A DNA stretch of 64,000 nt from a virus (lineage: Duplodnaviria > Caudoviricetes): IMG/VR virus record IMGVR_UViG_3300049982_000337, positions 1-64,000 of that record; one strand, given 5' to 3'. Under the pieces are notes generated by a model. That model was given only the letters and a program-made list of their open reading frames with translations. It had not been told where the DNA came from and searched no databases. Positions within the stretch are counted from its first letter, which is position 1, and the number at the start of each line of letters is the position of its first letter. Below are positions 8,789-17,453 of the stretch, one piece after another. The position numbers and the translations under genes are program-made.

Positions 8789-9178
8789 TCAAGCTGCCTC
8801 CGCCAGGTCGTGTGCGATTTTCAGGACGGCGCGCTGCAGATTGTCCGGCAGGCGCGCGACCGCCTGGGCCAGGGGCCAGGCCTCCGGGCTTGTGATCCAC
8901 GCCATGGCCGCGGAGGCGTCGGGACCGAGCCCAAGCCGCTCAACCTCGCCGAGGCCTTCGAAGTAGAAGGACGGTGCGACGCCCTGGGCGGCCGAGGCGT
9001 GATGCATCATCGACGCCGAGATCCGGTTGGCGCCTCGCTCGTACTTCTGGACCTGCTGGAAGCTGACGCCGAGCTTCAACGCCAGTGCCGTCTGCGACTG
9101 GCCGATCTGCTTGCGGCGCAGGCGGATGCGGTCGCCGACGTGGACGTCGACGGGATCGGGGGTGGAGGCGGCTTTCAT
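8789..9178 (-). CDS. XRE-family (HTH_3) transcriptional regulator
   Basis: DVHVGDRIRLRRKQIGQSQTALALKLGVSFQQVQKYERGANRISAS. Confidence 0.9.
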   Translation of the reverse strand: MKAASTPDPVDVHVGDRIRLRRKQIGQSQTALALKLGVSFQQVQKYERGANRISASMMHHASAAQGVAPSFYFEGLGEVERLGLGPDASAAMAWITSPEAWPLAQAVARLPDNLQRAVLKIAHDLAEAA

Positions 9179-10449
9179 TCAGCACCGCCTTCCGCCGCTT
9201 CGATCTCTGAGCAGCGTGCCCTCACGTAGGATTCGAGCTCGAATGGCGTGCCCACCTCGTCGGGGTCACCGGCGTCGACGTCGGCCCAGAGTTGGGTGTT
9301 GTCAGCCTTCAGACGGAGGGCCTGCACTGTGGTCTCGGCGCCGTCGACCTGCGCCTTGAACGATGCGACGCGTTCGATGAGTGGCGGTTTGCGCGCGCGC
9401 TCGGCGGCTTCGAACTGACCGATCCGCGCCTCATAGGCGGCGTCCATGCCGGCCAGCAGCTCTGGAGCGTCCTTCTCGACGGTGGCCCGAAGGATTGCCG
9501 ACGCCGCCTTCAGCGCCTGGAGCTTCGTGAGGTTCGGCGCGTCGCCGACCCGTTTGACGTAGGCCGCCACGCGGTCGGTCAGCGGCAGATCCTGCGTTGA
9601 GGCCTGGGTGCGCGCGCGGCTCTGGTCGCCGCCGGCCTGGCCGGAAGTTGCCGCCGTGCTGTCTCCACGGGCCCAGCGCGCCAGATCGGCGCCCATCTGT
9701 TCGTCGAAGGCGCGGGGGCTCGTGGCCAGGCTGCGGAACTGCTCGGGCAGCTTCGACATCAGCTTTTCGCCGACGTGCTCCGGCCGCCAAGTCGGGACGC
9801 CCTCGGCGCCCGGCAGGAGCAGGGCGGCCAAGGTCATCTCGAAGACGAACTCTTCGCCCGCGATGGGCATGAACCCCTGGGCGACAACTTCGGTCTTCAA
9901 CGACCCATTGTCCTGCCGGACCTTGACCGGCTTGGCCGTGTTCTTGGCCCGGAAGCAGAAAATGAAGTTGCACTCCATCTGGAGCAGGGCGTTGATCAAC
10001 TTGCGCCGGGCCGCCTTGGGCTTGCCCCAGGCGAGCATCTTCATCGCCTCGCGCTTGGAGTAGTTGTCGCCCGCCATGCGGGTCAGCTCGGCCTCGTGGA
10101 AGTCGAGCAGGCCGCCGACGCCCTCGTGTTCGTGCGACATGCTGTCGATCACGATGGTCTTGGCGCCGGACGCGATGCAGAACCGGATGGCCTCGAGGTA
10201 ATCCTCTGATCCGAAGGGCTCGCCGAAGGGAACGTGCTGGAACGTGAACCGGTCGGCGTAGTGCTTCATCCGCTTCGCCTCGGTGTCGATCCCGAAGATT
10301 TCGCCCCCGACGATGCTCTGGATGCCGGTCGCAAGGCGGAGGGCGGAATAGGTCTTGCCGCCACCGCTAGGACCCATGAGGCCGATGAGCAGGGGCACCT
10401 GCTCGCGGACCGCCAAGGCGGCAGTGAACCTGCGCGCGTGCGCGTTCAT
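9175..10449 (-). CDS. AAA_24 / Sak4-like recombination ATPase
   Basis: Walker A GPSGGGKT, Walker B IVIDS; adjacent to exonuclease; start at 10449. Confidence 0.8.
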   Translation of the reverse strand: MNAHARRFTAALAVREQVPLLIGLMGPSGGGKTYSALRLATGIQSIVGGEIFGIDTEAKRMKHYADRFTFQHVPFGEPFGSEDYLEAIRFCIASGAKTIVIDSMSHEHEGVGGLLDFHEAELTRMAGDNYSKREAMKMLAWGKPKAARRKLINALLQMECNFIFCFRAKNTAKPVKVRQDNGSLKTEVVAQGFMPIAGEEFVFEMTLAALLLPGAEGVPTWRPEHVGEKLMSKLPEQFRSLATSPRAFDEQMGADLARWARGDSTAATSGQAGGDQSRARTQASTQDLPLTDRVAAYVKRVGDAPNLTKLQALKAASAILRATVEKDAPELLAGMDAAYEARIGQFEAAERARKPPLIERVASFKAQVDGAETTVQALRLKADNTQLWADVDAGDPDEVGTPFELESYVRARCSEIEAAEGGAE

Positions 10450-11438
10450 GAGAGCTCCATGTGTTGGGATTGACGGGCAGCCGCGTCGCGCAGGGCGTCT
10501 TCGTATGGGTCGTGGAAGGGGTTGAGGGTCTCGTCGGTCTCGGCCCGCTTGACCCAGGCGTTGATCATCCAGTCCGGCGGGCTGGCGACGTGCGGCCCGA
10601 GCGGATGGCCTGGCCACTCCTTGGTGACGACGCCGCGCTTCCAGACGTTGATCGCAAGTTCAACCTGCTCGTCGGCGAGGCTGCGGCCGGCCTCGCTCGC
10701 CTCGACCAAGCAAGGCGTGTGGGGTTTGCGCTGCTCCTGGTAGAGGAACAGGAACCGACGGCGGCCGGCGCCGCCTGGGTCCAGGATGTCCAGGCCCCGT
10801 CGGTAGAAGCCCTCCTGGAAGTAGGCGCCGCTGGTGTAGACGAGCTTCTTGGCCGCTTCCGGCGCCACGCTCAGCTCGGTCGTCTTGTAGTCGATGATGA
10901 CCCGGGCGTCGGCCCGCATCCGGTCGATCAGGCTGCGGTACCAGTACCCCTCGGGGTCCTGCCAGACGATCATCGCCTCGGCGACCAGCGAGCCGGCCAG
11001 CAGGTCCTGAATGATCGGGCCGGAGATAGCGGCCATGGCCTTGGCCCGGCGCAGCTCCTTCGGCAGGAGCGGGATCTCGCCAGCCTCGTACGCCGCCTTC
11101 TTGGCTTTCTGGTCGGCCTTCTTCTTCCAGTTCGGCGCGTGGATCAGGCTGATGTCCGACCCGACGCCGAACGAGAGGACATGGGCGGCGGAGCCGATGT
11201 CCATCGCTCGCGTCGGCGCCTTCTTGGTCTCCTCGTCTTCCTCGTCTTCGTCCGGCTCTTCCACGGTGAGCTTGGGGTGGGCCGAGGCGGCGTGGGCCAA
11301 GCTCTCGTTGAGACAGAGCTTCGCCACGCTGGCGTTCAGCGAGGGCTCCGGGCAGGGATCGTCCCGATATGCCTCCACCGGCACGCCCAGATAGAGGCCG
11401 GGTCCGTCGATCTTCCCGGTCCAGAGACGCGCCTCCAT
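10446..11438 (-). CDS. PD-(D/E)xK exonuclease (ExoVIII/DUF3799-like)
   Basis: GSAAHVL...RSLIDRM...IIDYKTT...YFQEGFYRRG. Confidence 0.85.
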   Translation of the reverse strand: MEARLWTGKIDGPGLYLGVPVEAYRDDPCPEPSLNASVAKLCLNESLAHAASAHPKLTVEEPDEDEEDEETKKAPTRAMDIGSAAHVLSFGVGSDISLIHAPNWKKKADQKAKKAAYEAGEIPLLPKELRRAKAMAAISGPIIQDLLAGSLVAEAMIVWQDPEGYWYRSLIDRMRADARVIIDYKTTELSVAPEAAKKLVYTSGAYFQEGFYRRGLDILDPGGAGRRRFLFLYQEQRKPHTPCLVEASEAGRSLADEQVELAINVWKRGVVTKEWPGHPLGPHVASPPDWMINAWVKRAETDETLNPFHDPYEDALRDAAARQSQHMELS

Positions 11439-12664
11439 CAGGCGGCCTCGGCGGTTTTGGCCGCGATCTGCTGGCCGAAGTCGATGCTCGTGTAGGGGAT
11501 CAGCTTGGCCGAGATCGCGCGGACGACGTCCTTTGCGACCGCCTCGTCGAGCGTGCATTGCTCGATCAGCGCCTCCTTGACGGCGCGCATGATGGTGGAG
11601 CGATGGGGGATGTCGGCCTCGCGCGCAGCTTGGACCTCGCGCTGGCGCTGGGCGGCGGCTTCCTGGTCACGTCGCTCAGCCACGATCCGGTCAGCTTCTT
11701 GCTTCCTGGCCGCCTCTGCCTCGTCGGCCCGACGGCGCTCGGCCGCGAGTTCCGCCTCGTGCTCCTGGTCGCGCCGGCGCTGCTCTCCTGCCGCCCGTTC
11801 CTCAGCGTCCCGAGCGGCGGTCGCGGCCGCCTGCTGGCGAGCTTCCTCGGCACGGACCTCGGCAAGACGGCTCTCTTCGGCGGCGCGTTCCTGTGCCGCG
11901 ATGCGGTCCCGCTCGGCCTGATCTTCACGCTCGCGCTCTAGGCGGGCGGTTTCCTCCTCCTCGAGCCGGGTGGCTTCACGCGCTTCGGCCTCGGCCTTTT
12001 CGGCCGCCTCGCGGGCCTCGCGCTCCGCCACCTCGGCGCGCAGGCGCTCCAGCTCGGCGCGGTCGAGTTCCTCCTTGCGGAGCCGTTCGAGCGCTGCGGC
12101 CAGGACCGTCAGGGCGTTGTCGCGGCGCTGAGAGGCGAGGTCGAATTCGATTCCGAACAGAGTGGGGTCGAGATTGCGGCCCCTGACCTCTTCCAGGCGA
12201 GCCTCGACCGTTGCGGCCGTGTCTTCGATGGTGACGACGGCGGCGGACGTGAGCCCGGCGAGCTGATCCTTCGCCTGCGCGATTCGCGTCTCTTCGGCGG
12301 CTTCCCAGTCGCTCAGCGGTTTGCGAACCAGATCGCGGAGCACATCGAGCTTGTCTCGGATGGCCTTGCGAGAGGCGTCGACCTTAGCGGTCTGACTGCG
12401 CCATTCCTCAGTTAAACCTTTGCCCGCGGCGTCGATCGCGGTCTTCGTCTTGGTGACCTTGAACGCCAGGGCGGCGATTGCTTTGCGCCCCTTGTCCGTC
12501 GTCACGTCCGGCACGTGGGCGTCGGTCTCTGCCTTCACCTTGGCGTAGAAGGCATCGAACTGCTCGGGGTCCGTCAGGACGGTCAGGGCGGTCTCGCGCT
12601 CGATCACCACGGCGACCTCAGTGGTGCGCTCGATGATCTGCGGTTCTTTGACGGCGACGTTCAT
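11438..12664 (-). CDS. Coiled-coil phage protein (often mis-annotated TolA-like)
   Basis: VPDVTTDKGRKAIAALAFKVTKTKTAIDAAGK N-domain; long E/A/R-rich coil. Confidence 0.75.
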   Translation of the reverse strand: MNVAVKEPQIIERTTEVAVVIERETALTVLTDPEQFDAFYAKVKAETDAHVPDVTTDKGRKAIAALAFKVTKTKTAIDAAGKGLTEEWRSQTAKVDASRKAIRDKLDVLRDLVRKPLSDWEAAEETRIAQAKDQLAGLTSAAVVTIEDTAATVEARLEEVRGRNLDPTLFGIEFDLASQRRDNALTVLAAALERLRKEELDRAELERLRAEVAEREAREAAEKAEAEAREATRLEEEETARLEREREDQAERDRIAAQERAAEESRLAEVRAEEARQQAAATAARDAEERAAGEQRRRDQEHEAELAAERRRADEAEAARKQEADRIVAERRDQEAAAQRQREVQAAREADIPHRSTIMRAVKEALIEQCTLDEAVAKDVVRAISAKLIPYTSIDFGQQIAAKTAEAA

Positions 12665-12873
12665 AGTGCGCTCCGATGGAAGAAGGCCTGGCCGGCGCCG
12701 GTGGCGCGAGCGGTGCAGGGGTGGGTGTGGACGACGTCGGCGAGACCGAGGTCTTCGAGACGGACGGCGGCCGAGAGGGGAATTTTGCGGCCGAGGGGCG
12801 CACCGGCGCTGCCGGCGGCGACCAGGATCCGCAGCGCGTCGTGCTCGGCGGGTTGGAGGTGCAGGACACCCAT
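12661..12873 (-). CDS. Small hypothetical protein
   Basis: 70-aa ORF coupled on both sides. Confidence 0.55.
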   Translation of the reverse strand: MGVLHLQPAEHDALRILVAAGSAGAPLGRKIPLSAAVRLEDLGLADVVHTHPCTARATGAGQAFFHRSAL

Positions 12874-13097
12874 CAGCGAGCCGCCTGCAGTTGGCCGACC
12901 TTCAGGCCGTCGATGCCGCGCTTACCGGCGCCATCGAGCCAGCTCTGAAGCTCCTCTTCCGAGAGGCCGTACTTCGCGACCGCCAGGCCGAAGCTGATGC
13001 GCCCGCACTGGACGTCGTTGACCACGTCGAGCTTCCGTCCCGGCGTCCAGCGCAGGTCCACTGTCGTCGCGTGATGAGCGGGCCAGGCGCTCGCCAT
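12873..13097 (-). CDS. sciP: DUF1153 / SciP (CtrA inhibitor) homologue
   Basis: RWTPGRKLDVVNDVQCGRISFGLAVAKYGLSEEELQSW...GIDGLKVGQLQ matches the SciP pattern RW..RRKAEVVAAVRGGLLS..EAC.RY.L..EEF..W....RHG..GLR.T.LQ (recalled, not aligned by tool). Confidence 0.8.
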   Translation of the reverse strand: MASAWPAHHATTVDLRWTPGRKLDVVNDVQCGRISFGLAVAKYGLSEEELQSWLDGAGKRGIDGLKVGQLQAAR

Positions 13098-13098
13098 C

Positions 13099-13341
13099 TC
13101 AGTGACCGCCCTCGATCAGCTCTTCGACGGACAGCCAGGCATAGACGTCACGGGGCGCGGGCAGGGGCGCCGAGGCCGGCGGGTAGACCTGAGGCGCGGG
13201 GACTGCGGGCTTGCCCGTCCAGGCCATCAGGCGCGCGCCGATGCTGCCCTTGTGACGGAAGGTCCGGCCATGGGGCTCGACGTCGTCCAGCCGGAACGCG
13301 GCGAGGTCCATGGTCTGCACGGTGGCGCGACCGAGGCTCAC
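13099..13341 (-). CDS. Hypothetical phage protein
   Basis: 80-aa ORF, GTGA coupled. Confidence 0.5.
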   Translation of the reverse strand: MSLGRATVQTMDLAAFRLDDVEPHGRTFRHKGSIGARLMAWTGKPAVPAPQVYPPASAPLPAPRDVYAWLSVEELIEGGH

Positions 13342-13604
13342 GACGCTGGCCCCGTGATCCGCACGGTCGCGCCCTTAAGCAGACCCTTGCAGACCGCGCC
13401 CTTGACGCGGGTGCCGTTGGCGCCAGTTGCCTCGAAGGTCCGCGTCCAGCCCTCCTTGTCGGAACAGCCGAACCACGAGTTGCCGCCGAGTTCGACCTGG
13501 GTGAAGCCCATGGCGTGGGTCGCCTGCAGGGCGGTGCTCTTTCGCACCTCGCAGCCGCCGAGGGCGACGGCAGCGATGGCAATGATCGCCAGCCGTTGCA
13601 TCAC
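13338..13604 (-). CDS. Small phage lipoprotein
   Basis: Signal peptide with lipobox ALGG-C; GFTQVELGGNSWFGCS...GAVCKGLLKGATVR. Confidence 0.75.
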   Translation of the reverse strand: MMQRLAIIAIAAVALGGCEVRKSTALQATHAMGFTQVELGGNSWFGCSDKEGWTRTFEATGANGTRVKGAVCKGLLKGATVRITGPAS

Positions 13605-13807
13605 CGCGTACCCTCGGCGACGACCGGCCGGCCACCGCCGCGCGAGTTCTGGCCACCGGTCTTCCCGGCCGCGGCGGCGAGGTCGCGGTCCTTGGCGAAG
13701 CTGCGTTTCTCACCGGGCACGCTAGCCCCGCCCTTACGGGCGATCTCGGTGCGACGCTCGACGGTCATGCCGGCGAATCCGCGCTTGGACTTCGTGGTGG
13801 TGCTCAT
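13601..13807 (-). CDS. KGG-repeat general stress protein
   Basis: RGFAGM...EIARKGG...RSFAKDRDLAAAAGKTGG. Confidence 0.85.
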   Translation of the reverse strand: MSTTTKSKRGFAGMTVERRTEIARKGGASVPGEKRSFAKDRDLAAAAGKTGGQNSRGGGRPVVAEGTR

Positions 13808-14034
13808 AGCGGTAGGGTCTCCTGGGCTGTCTCGAAGGAGAGGCGCATGGCCTCGGTGAGCTGATCGACCTTGTGCTTGGCCTGGGCGCGGGCGCGCTCG
13901 GTGGCCTGCGGGTCCTTGGATGCGGCGAGGTGCTGGGCCAGGGCCGAGGTGCATTGCCCCTTGGTCAGCCGCTGGCCGCTCGAATGGGTGACCCAGCCCG
14001 AACCCATTCCGTAGAAGAACGGGCCCTTGCTCAT
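13804..14034 (-). CDS. Hypothetical phage protein
   Basis: Start MSKGPFFY at 14034, ATGA coupled. Confidence 0.55.
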   Translation of the reverse strand: MSKGPFFYGMGSGWVTHSSGQRLTKGQCTSALAQHLAASKDPQATERARAQAKHKVDQLTEAMRLSFETAQETLPL

Positions 14035-14162
14035 CCCGGCAGTCCCGCGAGACCGCCCATCCACATGACGATCTGATAGAGGCCGGCGGCGATCACGAGC
14101 GCGCTGACGGCGTTGTAGGTGATGCGCTCCAGGCGCGTGGGTGCGGGTTCGCGGCGGCGCAT
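14031..14162 (-). CDS. 43-aa single-TM protein (not in ORF track)
   Basis: MRRREPAPTRLERITYNAVSALVIAAGLYQIVMWMGGLAGLPG; TGATG at start and ATGA at end. Confidence 0.6.
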   Translation of the reverse strand: MRRREPAPTRLERITYNAVSALVIAAGLYQIVMWMGGLAGLPG

Positions 14163-14350
14163 CAGGCGCGCCCCTGCAGCGCTAGCGCCGCTTCGATTTT
14201 GACCCTCTCGGTATTGGCAATCGCGCCGACGCCGACGATCAGCAGAATGGCCATGGCGGCGGCGTAGATCGCAGCCCGCCCCCTGGCCTTTTCGCAGAAT
14301 GCGTTGATTGCCCGGCAGAACGCGTAGCCGGCGAAGAACAGCGAGAACAT
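14162..14350 (-). CDS. Small membrane protein
   Basis: 62 aa, two hydrophobic stretches, coupled. Confidence 0.55.
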   Translation of the reverse strand: MFSLFFAGYAFCRAINAFCEKARGRAAIYAAAMAILLIVGVGAIANTERVKIEAALALQGRA

Positions 14351-14574
14351 CAGGACTGGCCCTCCGCTTCGACCGGCGCGTAGTCGAGCGCCGTCGGGTG
14401 GCTGGGCGAGGCGAAGTTCTGCCCGTCGAACCGCACCATGACGTGGTGGCCCTGGGACGGGTTCTCGCGGGCGATGGTCCCGAAGGAGCGCGGCCCTTTC
14501 ATCTCCGGGTGGCGCACACGGGCGCCGACAACCGGGTTCACGCCGTAGGTGCGCTTGACGTAGTCGTAGGCCAT
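14350..14574 (-). CDS. Hypothetical phage protein
   Basis: YDYVKRTYGVNPVVGARV...VMVRFDG...HPTALDY, SH3-like pattern. Confidence 0.65.
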   Translation of the reverse strand: MAYDYVKRTYGVNPVVGARVRHPEMKGPRSFGTIARENPSQGHHVMVRFDGQNFASPSHPTALDYAPVEAEGQS

Positions 14575-14963
14575 CAGGCGTGTTCCTTCTGGCCGAGCGC
14601 CGCTTCGAGCTTGGCGATCACAGGGTCGATGTCGGTGGCGAGGAAGGCCGCGGTCTCGGCGTCTAGGGTTTCGAGGACGGGCTCGAACGTCGCCGGGTCG
14701 AGGACGCGCGCGCTCGAGATCAGCTCCGACCGATCGGCCTTGATGATCGCTAGGGCCAGGGTTGCAGCGTCGACCAGCGCGGTGTTCTCAGCCACCACGT
14801 GGTGGAGATCGCTCGCAAGAACCGTTGACCCGCCCGGCCCGTAGGACCGAACCAGCGCCTCCATGTACGAAGAGCGAGGCGAAGAGAGAGCCGCTTGCAG
14901 CTTCTTGACGCGCGCAAGCCTGTTCCGCGGAACGTCCAGCTTGCTGTTGAAGGTGGAGGACAT
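14574..14963 (-). CDS. Hypothetical phage protein
   Basis: 129-aa ORF, TGATG coupled. Confidence 0.55.
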   Translation of the reverse strand: MSSTFNSKLDVPRNRLARVKKLQAALSSPRSSYMEALVRSYGPGGSTVLASDLHHVVAENTALVDAATLALAIIKADRSELISSARVLDPATFEPVLETLDAETAAFLATDIDPVIAKLEAALGQKEHA

Positions 14964-15724
14964 CAGGCGGCCCTCTGAACGTCGAAGGAGATAAGGACGG
15001 TGTTGACCCCGGTTCCGGCCTCGCGGAACGATCCTTCAGGCAGGTGCTCGCAGGTGCCTCGATTGCCGTCGACGAGGTCGCGGACCGCCCGATAGTGCGC
15101 AGTCTCGCGGAAGGTCACGGCAGCGCTCATAATGGCGACCAACCGCCCGCCCGGCCTCAGCATCTTCACCGCGTGCAGGACGTGAAGGGCGTCCTGCTGC
15201 TTCGCGAATGGCGGGTTCATGATGACGCGGTCGAAGCGGTCGGTGGGCCCCATCGTCATGAAGTCTTGTTCGTGGACACGACACTCGAGGGCGAACTCCG
15301 CCCTAAGCTTCTCCGCGGCTGTGCTGTCGAGCTCGCACGCCTCGACCAGTGCGCCCGTGGCCAGCGCAGGGCGGATTAGCGCTCCACCGCCAGCGCTGGG
15401 CTCCAGGACAAGATCGTCCGCACAGATCTCCGCCGTTGCCACGACGCGCGCAGCCAGCTCGGCGGGGGTGAAGAAGGCTTGAAAGTCCTGCTTCCGGTTC
15501 GTGATCTCGCCGGTCAGCAGGATGGGATCGATGGCGTCGGCTGCATTGATCGCAAAGACGTGGGCACCAGCCTTCCGGTCCCACTTGCCGCCGGCCAGCT
15601 CCAGCGCCTTGTTGGTGGCGACGTAGAGCTTCCGGTCGAGGGACGCTGGCAGGTGTAGAGCCGTCCCGTCTGTGATGGAGAGATCGAGGACCTCAAGGAC
15701 CTCGTGGGAAAGTCGCAGGGCCAT
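14963..15724 (-). CDS. N6-adenine DNA methyltransferase
   Basis: FFTP motif X, VLEPSAGGG motif I, FDRVIMNPPF motif IV; start at 15724. Confidence 0.88.
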   Translation of the reverse strand: MALRLSHEVLEVLDLSITDGTALHLPASLDRKLYVATNKALELAGGKWDRKAGAHVFAINAADAIDPILLTGEITNRKQDFQAFFTPAELAARVVATAEICADDLVLEPSAGGGALIRPALATGALVEACELDSTAAEKLRAEFALECRVHEQDFMTMGPTDRFDRVIMNPPFAKQQDALHVLHAVKMLRPGGRLVAIMSAAVTFRETAHYRAVRDLVDGNRGTCEHLPEGSFREAGTGVNTVLISFDVQRAA

Positions 15725-16083
15725 CAGCGCGCACCCGGCAGGCTGTAGGACGCGAGGTCCGCGGCCAGCAGGCTGAAGTCGACGCGGTGCTCCAGCAGCG
15801 TGGCCTGGACGTCGAGATTGAAGGCGCGGGTTTCGAGGTCGAGGCAGCAGGCGAGGGCCTGGGCCTGCAGGTCGTCGAAGTGGGCGGCTCGCTCTGTTTC
15901 GCCGCGGCGCCGGGCGCCAGCGGCCTTGCCCGCATACTCGGCCTCGGCCTCCATCACCTTCTCGGCCCGATGGTTCAGATCGGCGGCTTCGAGGCGGTAG
16001 AGCGCGGCGATCTCGGCGCGGTTGCTGACAGCAGCCGGCGAGGTGCGGGCGCGGAAGCGGGCGAGTTCTATGACGGCCCCCAT
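15724..16083 (-). CDS. Hypothetical helical protein
   Basis: Coupled ORF, A/E/R-rich. Confidence 0.55.
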   Translation of the reverse strand: MGAVIELARFRARTSPAAVSNRAEIAALYRLEAADLNHRAEKVMEAEAEYAGKAAGARRRGETERAAHFDDLQAQALACCLDLETRAFNLDVQATLLEHRVDFSLLAADLASYSLPGAR

Positions 16084-16403
16084 CACGCCGCCGCCCGAAC
16101 TTGCCGAGCGCCGGTGTACGCGCCGGAGAGAGAGGGGCGAGCCGCGCGTTCATTGCAGACCAGATCACCGACCGTGACGGTGAGGGCGTCCAGGGGCATC
16201 CGGCGTTGCCGGTTCATCCAGGCGCCCCAAAGCTTCGACACTTCAGCGTCCGACAGATCGGAGAGCGTGGCCGGAGCCGCTTCCACTGCCAGATCGGCGA
16301 GGTGGGCGTTCAGCAGGTCCGAGTTGAAGACCGAGACCTTACCGGCGATCAGGCGTTCGCCTGGGCGGCAGATCGAAGCGGTTGGGGTGGTGTCGCTGGG
16401 CAC
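16083..16403 (-). CDS. First gene of the leftward operon, hypothetical
   Basis: GTG at 16403 preceded by GGAGAG RBS, just downstream of the left operators. Confidence 0.55.
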   Translation of the reverse strand: MPSDTTPTASICRPGERLIAGKVSVFNSDLLNAHLADLAVEAAPATLSDLSDAEVSKLWGAWMNRQRRMPLDALTVTVGDLVCNERAARPSLSGAYTGARQVRAAA

Positions 16404-16432
16404 GTTGTCTCTCCGGTGTTGGAGAGAGAATA

Positions 16433-16477
16433 TACGGAGTTTCGTAGATCGCAATTGGGAAAATACGAAACATCGTA
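16433..16477. promoter_or_regulatory. Left operators OL (two TACG-N6-CGTA sites) overlapping putative PL
   Basis: TACGGAGTTTCGTA 16433-16446 and TACGAAACATCGTA 16464-16477; minus-strand TTGCGA-N16-TATTCT spans the first site. Confidence 0.85.
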
Positions 16478-16582
16478 GATTTCAAAGTGCTCGGCGCAAA
16501 GCGTAGCTGCGACAGGAGCGGACGCAGGCCATACACGTCAGCGTTGACTTGGCGCACGCGGACGGGAATCAGTCGTTAACAC

Positions 16583-16861
16583 TTGAGGGAGGGGATGCCC
16601 GATATGACGCGTCGCACCGTCTACTGCGTTCAGACCTACAGCCACCGGGCCTGCGTCCTCGTGGCAAGCCAGATAGAGCGGTTCCGCAGTGAGACCGAGG
16701 CGACCAGGCAGGCAAATTATCTAAGGCCACGAGTGTCTGGCGGCGTCATCTTCAGTCAGGAGGTCGATCCCGAGTTCGACGTCCTCGGCGAGCCGTGCCT
16801 GCTTGCTGCATATGGGGAGTTGCCCGAAGGTGCCCGACTAGGCGTGGGGACGGCGGGGTAA
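16583..16861 (+). CDS. Small hypothetical protein between OL and cI (start probably ATG 16604)
   Basis: MTRRTVYCVQTY...GGVIFSQEVDPEFD...P.LLAAYGELP; GAGGGAGG RBS-like sequence upstream. Confidence 0.6.
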   Translation: MREGMPDMTRRTVYCVQTYSHRACVLVASQIERFRSETEATRQANYLRPRVSGGVIFSQEVDPEFDVLGEPCLLAAYGELPEGARLGVGTAG

Positions 16862-16908
16862 GCAGGCCGGTACAATCAGAGCGCACAAATGGCGAACGAG
16901 GAAGCCGG

Positions 16909-17433
16909 CTAGCCGTCAGTGCCAGTGAAGGTCCTCAGAACCTTGATGGCTTGCTGCTGGTTTTCGGCAGGCACGGTGCTGGCGAGCGCCACGATGTCCG
17001 ATTTGGCGAGTGCCGGCGACTTGAAGAGGTTGCCCTCGTTGGTCCCAAAGAGTGGCGCTAAACGCCGCATCCATTTTCCAGTGAGATCGATTTCGCCGGC
17101 CTCGAGTTGCAAAACCACCTGGACAGAAGTCTTCAAAGCGGCGGCTACGTCCTCGACAGTAAGCCCGGCTTCCGCTCGCCATTCGCCGATATGGTTGGGC
17201 TCAAGCTCGGCATCGACGACGGGTGCCGCACCGAAGATGGCTTCGACGGACACCCCATAGGCGCTGGCAATGCGCGCCTCCAGGTCACCCTTCATGCTCG
17301 CTGTTGGCTTCGCGGCGTAGGAGTTGATCGTCGACGGTGTGACGCCAACCCGCGTCGCGATCCGATTTGGGTTCAGGCCGTTGGCGGCCATCCAGGCCAA
17401 AAAGTTCGCGTGGCGACGGGCGGCAAGATCCAT
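16909..17433 (-). CDS. cI: CI-like repressor with two tandem XRE HTH domains and no S24 peptidase
   Basis: HTH1 GLNPNRIATRVGVTPSTINSY; HTH2 HIGEWRAEAGLTVEDVAAALKTSVQVVLQLEAGE; divergent from cro; start at 17433, downstream of the operators. Confidence 0.8.
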   Translation of the reverse strand: MDLAARRHANFLAWMAANGLNPNRIATRVGVTPSTINSYAAKPTASMKGDLEARIASAYGVSVEAIFGAAPVVDAELEPNHIGEWRAEAGLTVEDVAAALKTSVQVVLQLEAGEIDLTGKWMRRLAPLFGTNEGNLFKSPALAKSDIVALASTVPAENQQQAIKVLRTFTGTDG

Positions 17434-17453
17434 CGCTATTATCTGCCCCAAAA

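Noticed and set aside
11438-12664. TolA-like cell envelope protein
   Set aside because: Similarity would come from E/A/R-rich coiled coil only; no TM anchor, and the N-domain is a common phage early protein
16564-16580. Possible CtrA box near the immunity region
   Set aside because: Only a half-site (GGAA-N7-TTAAC); no full TTAA-N7-TTAA found in the intergenic regions inspected, though an exhaustive scan was not possible
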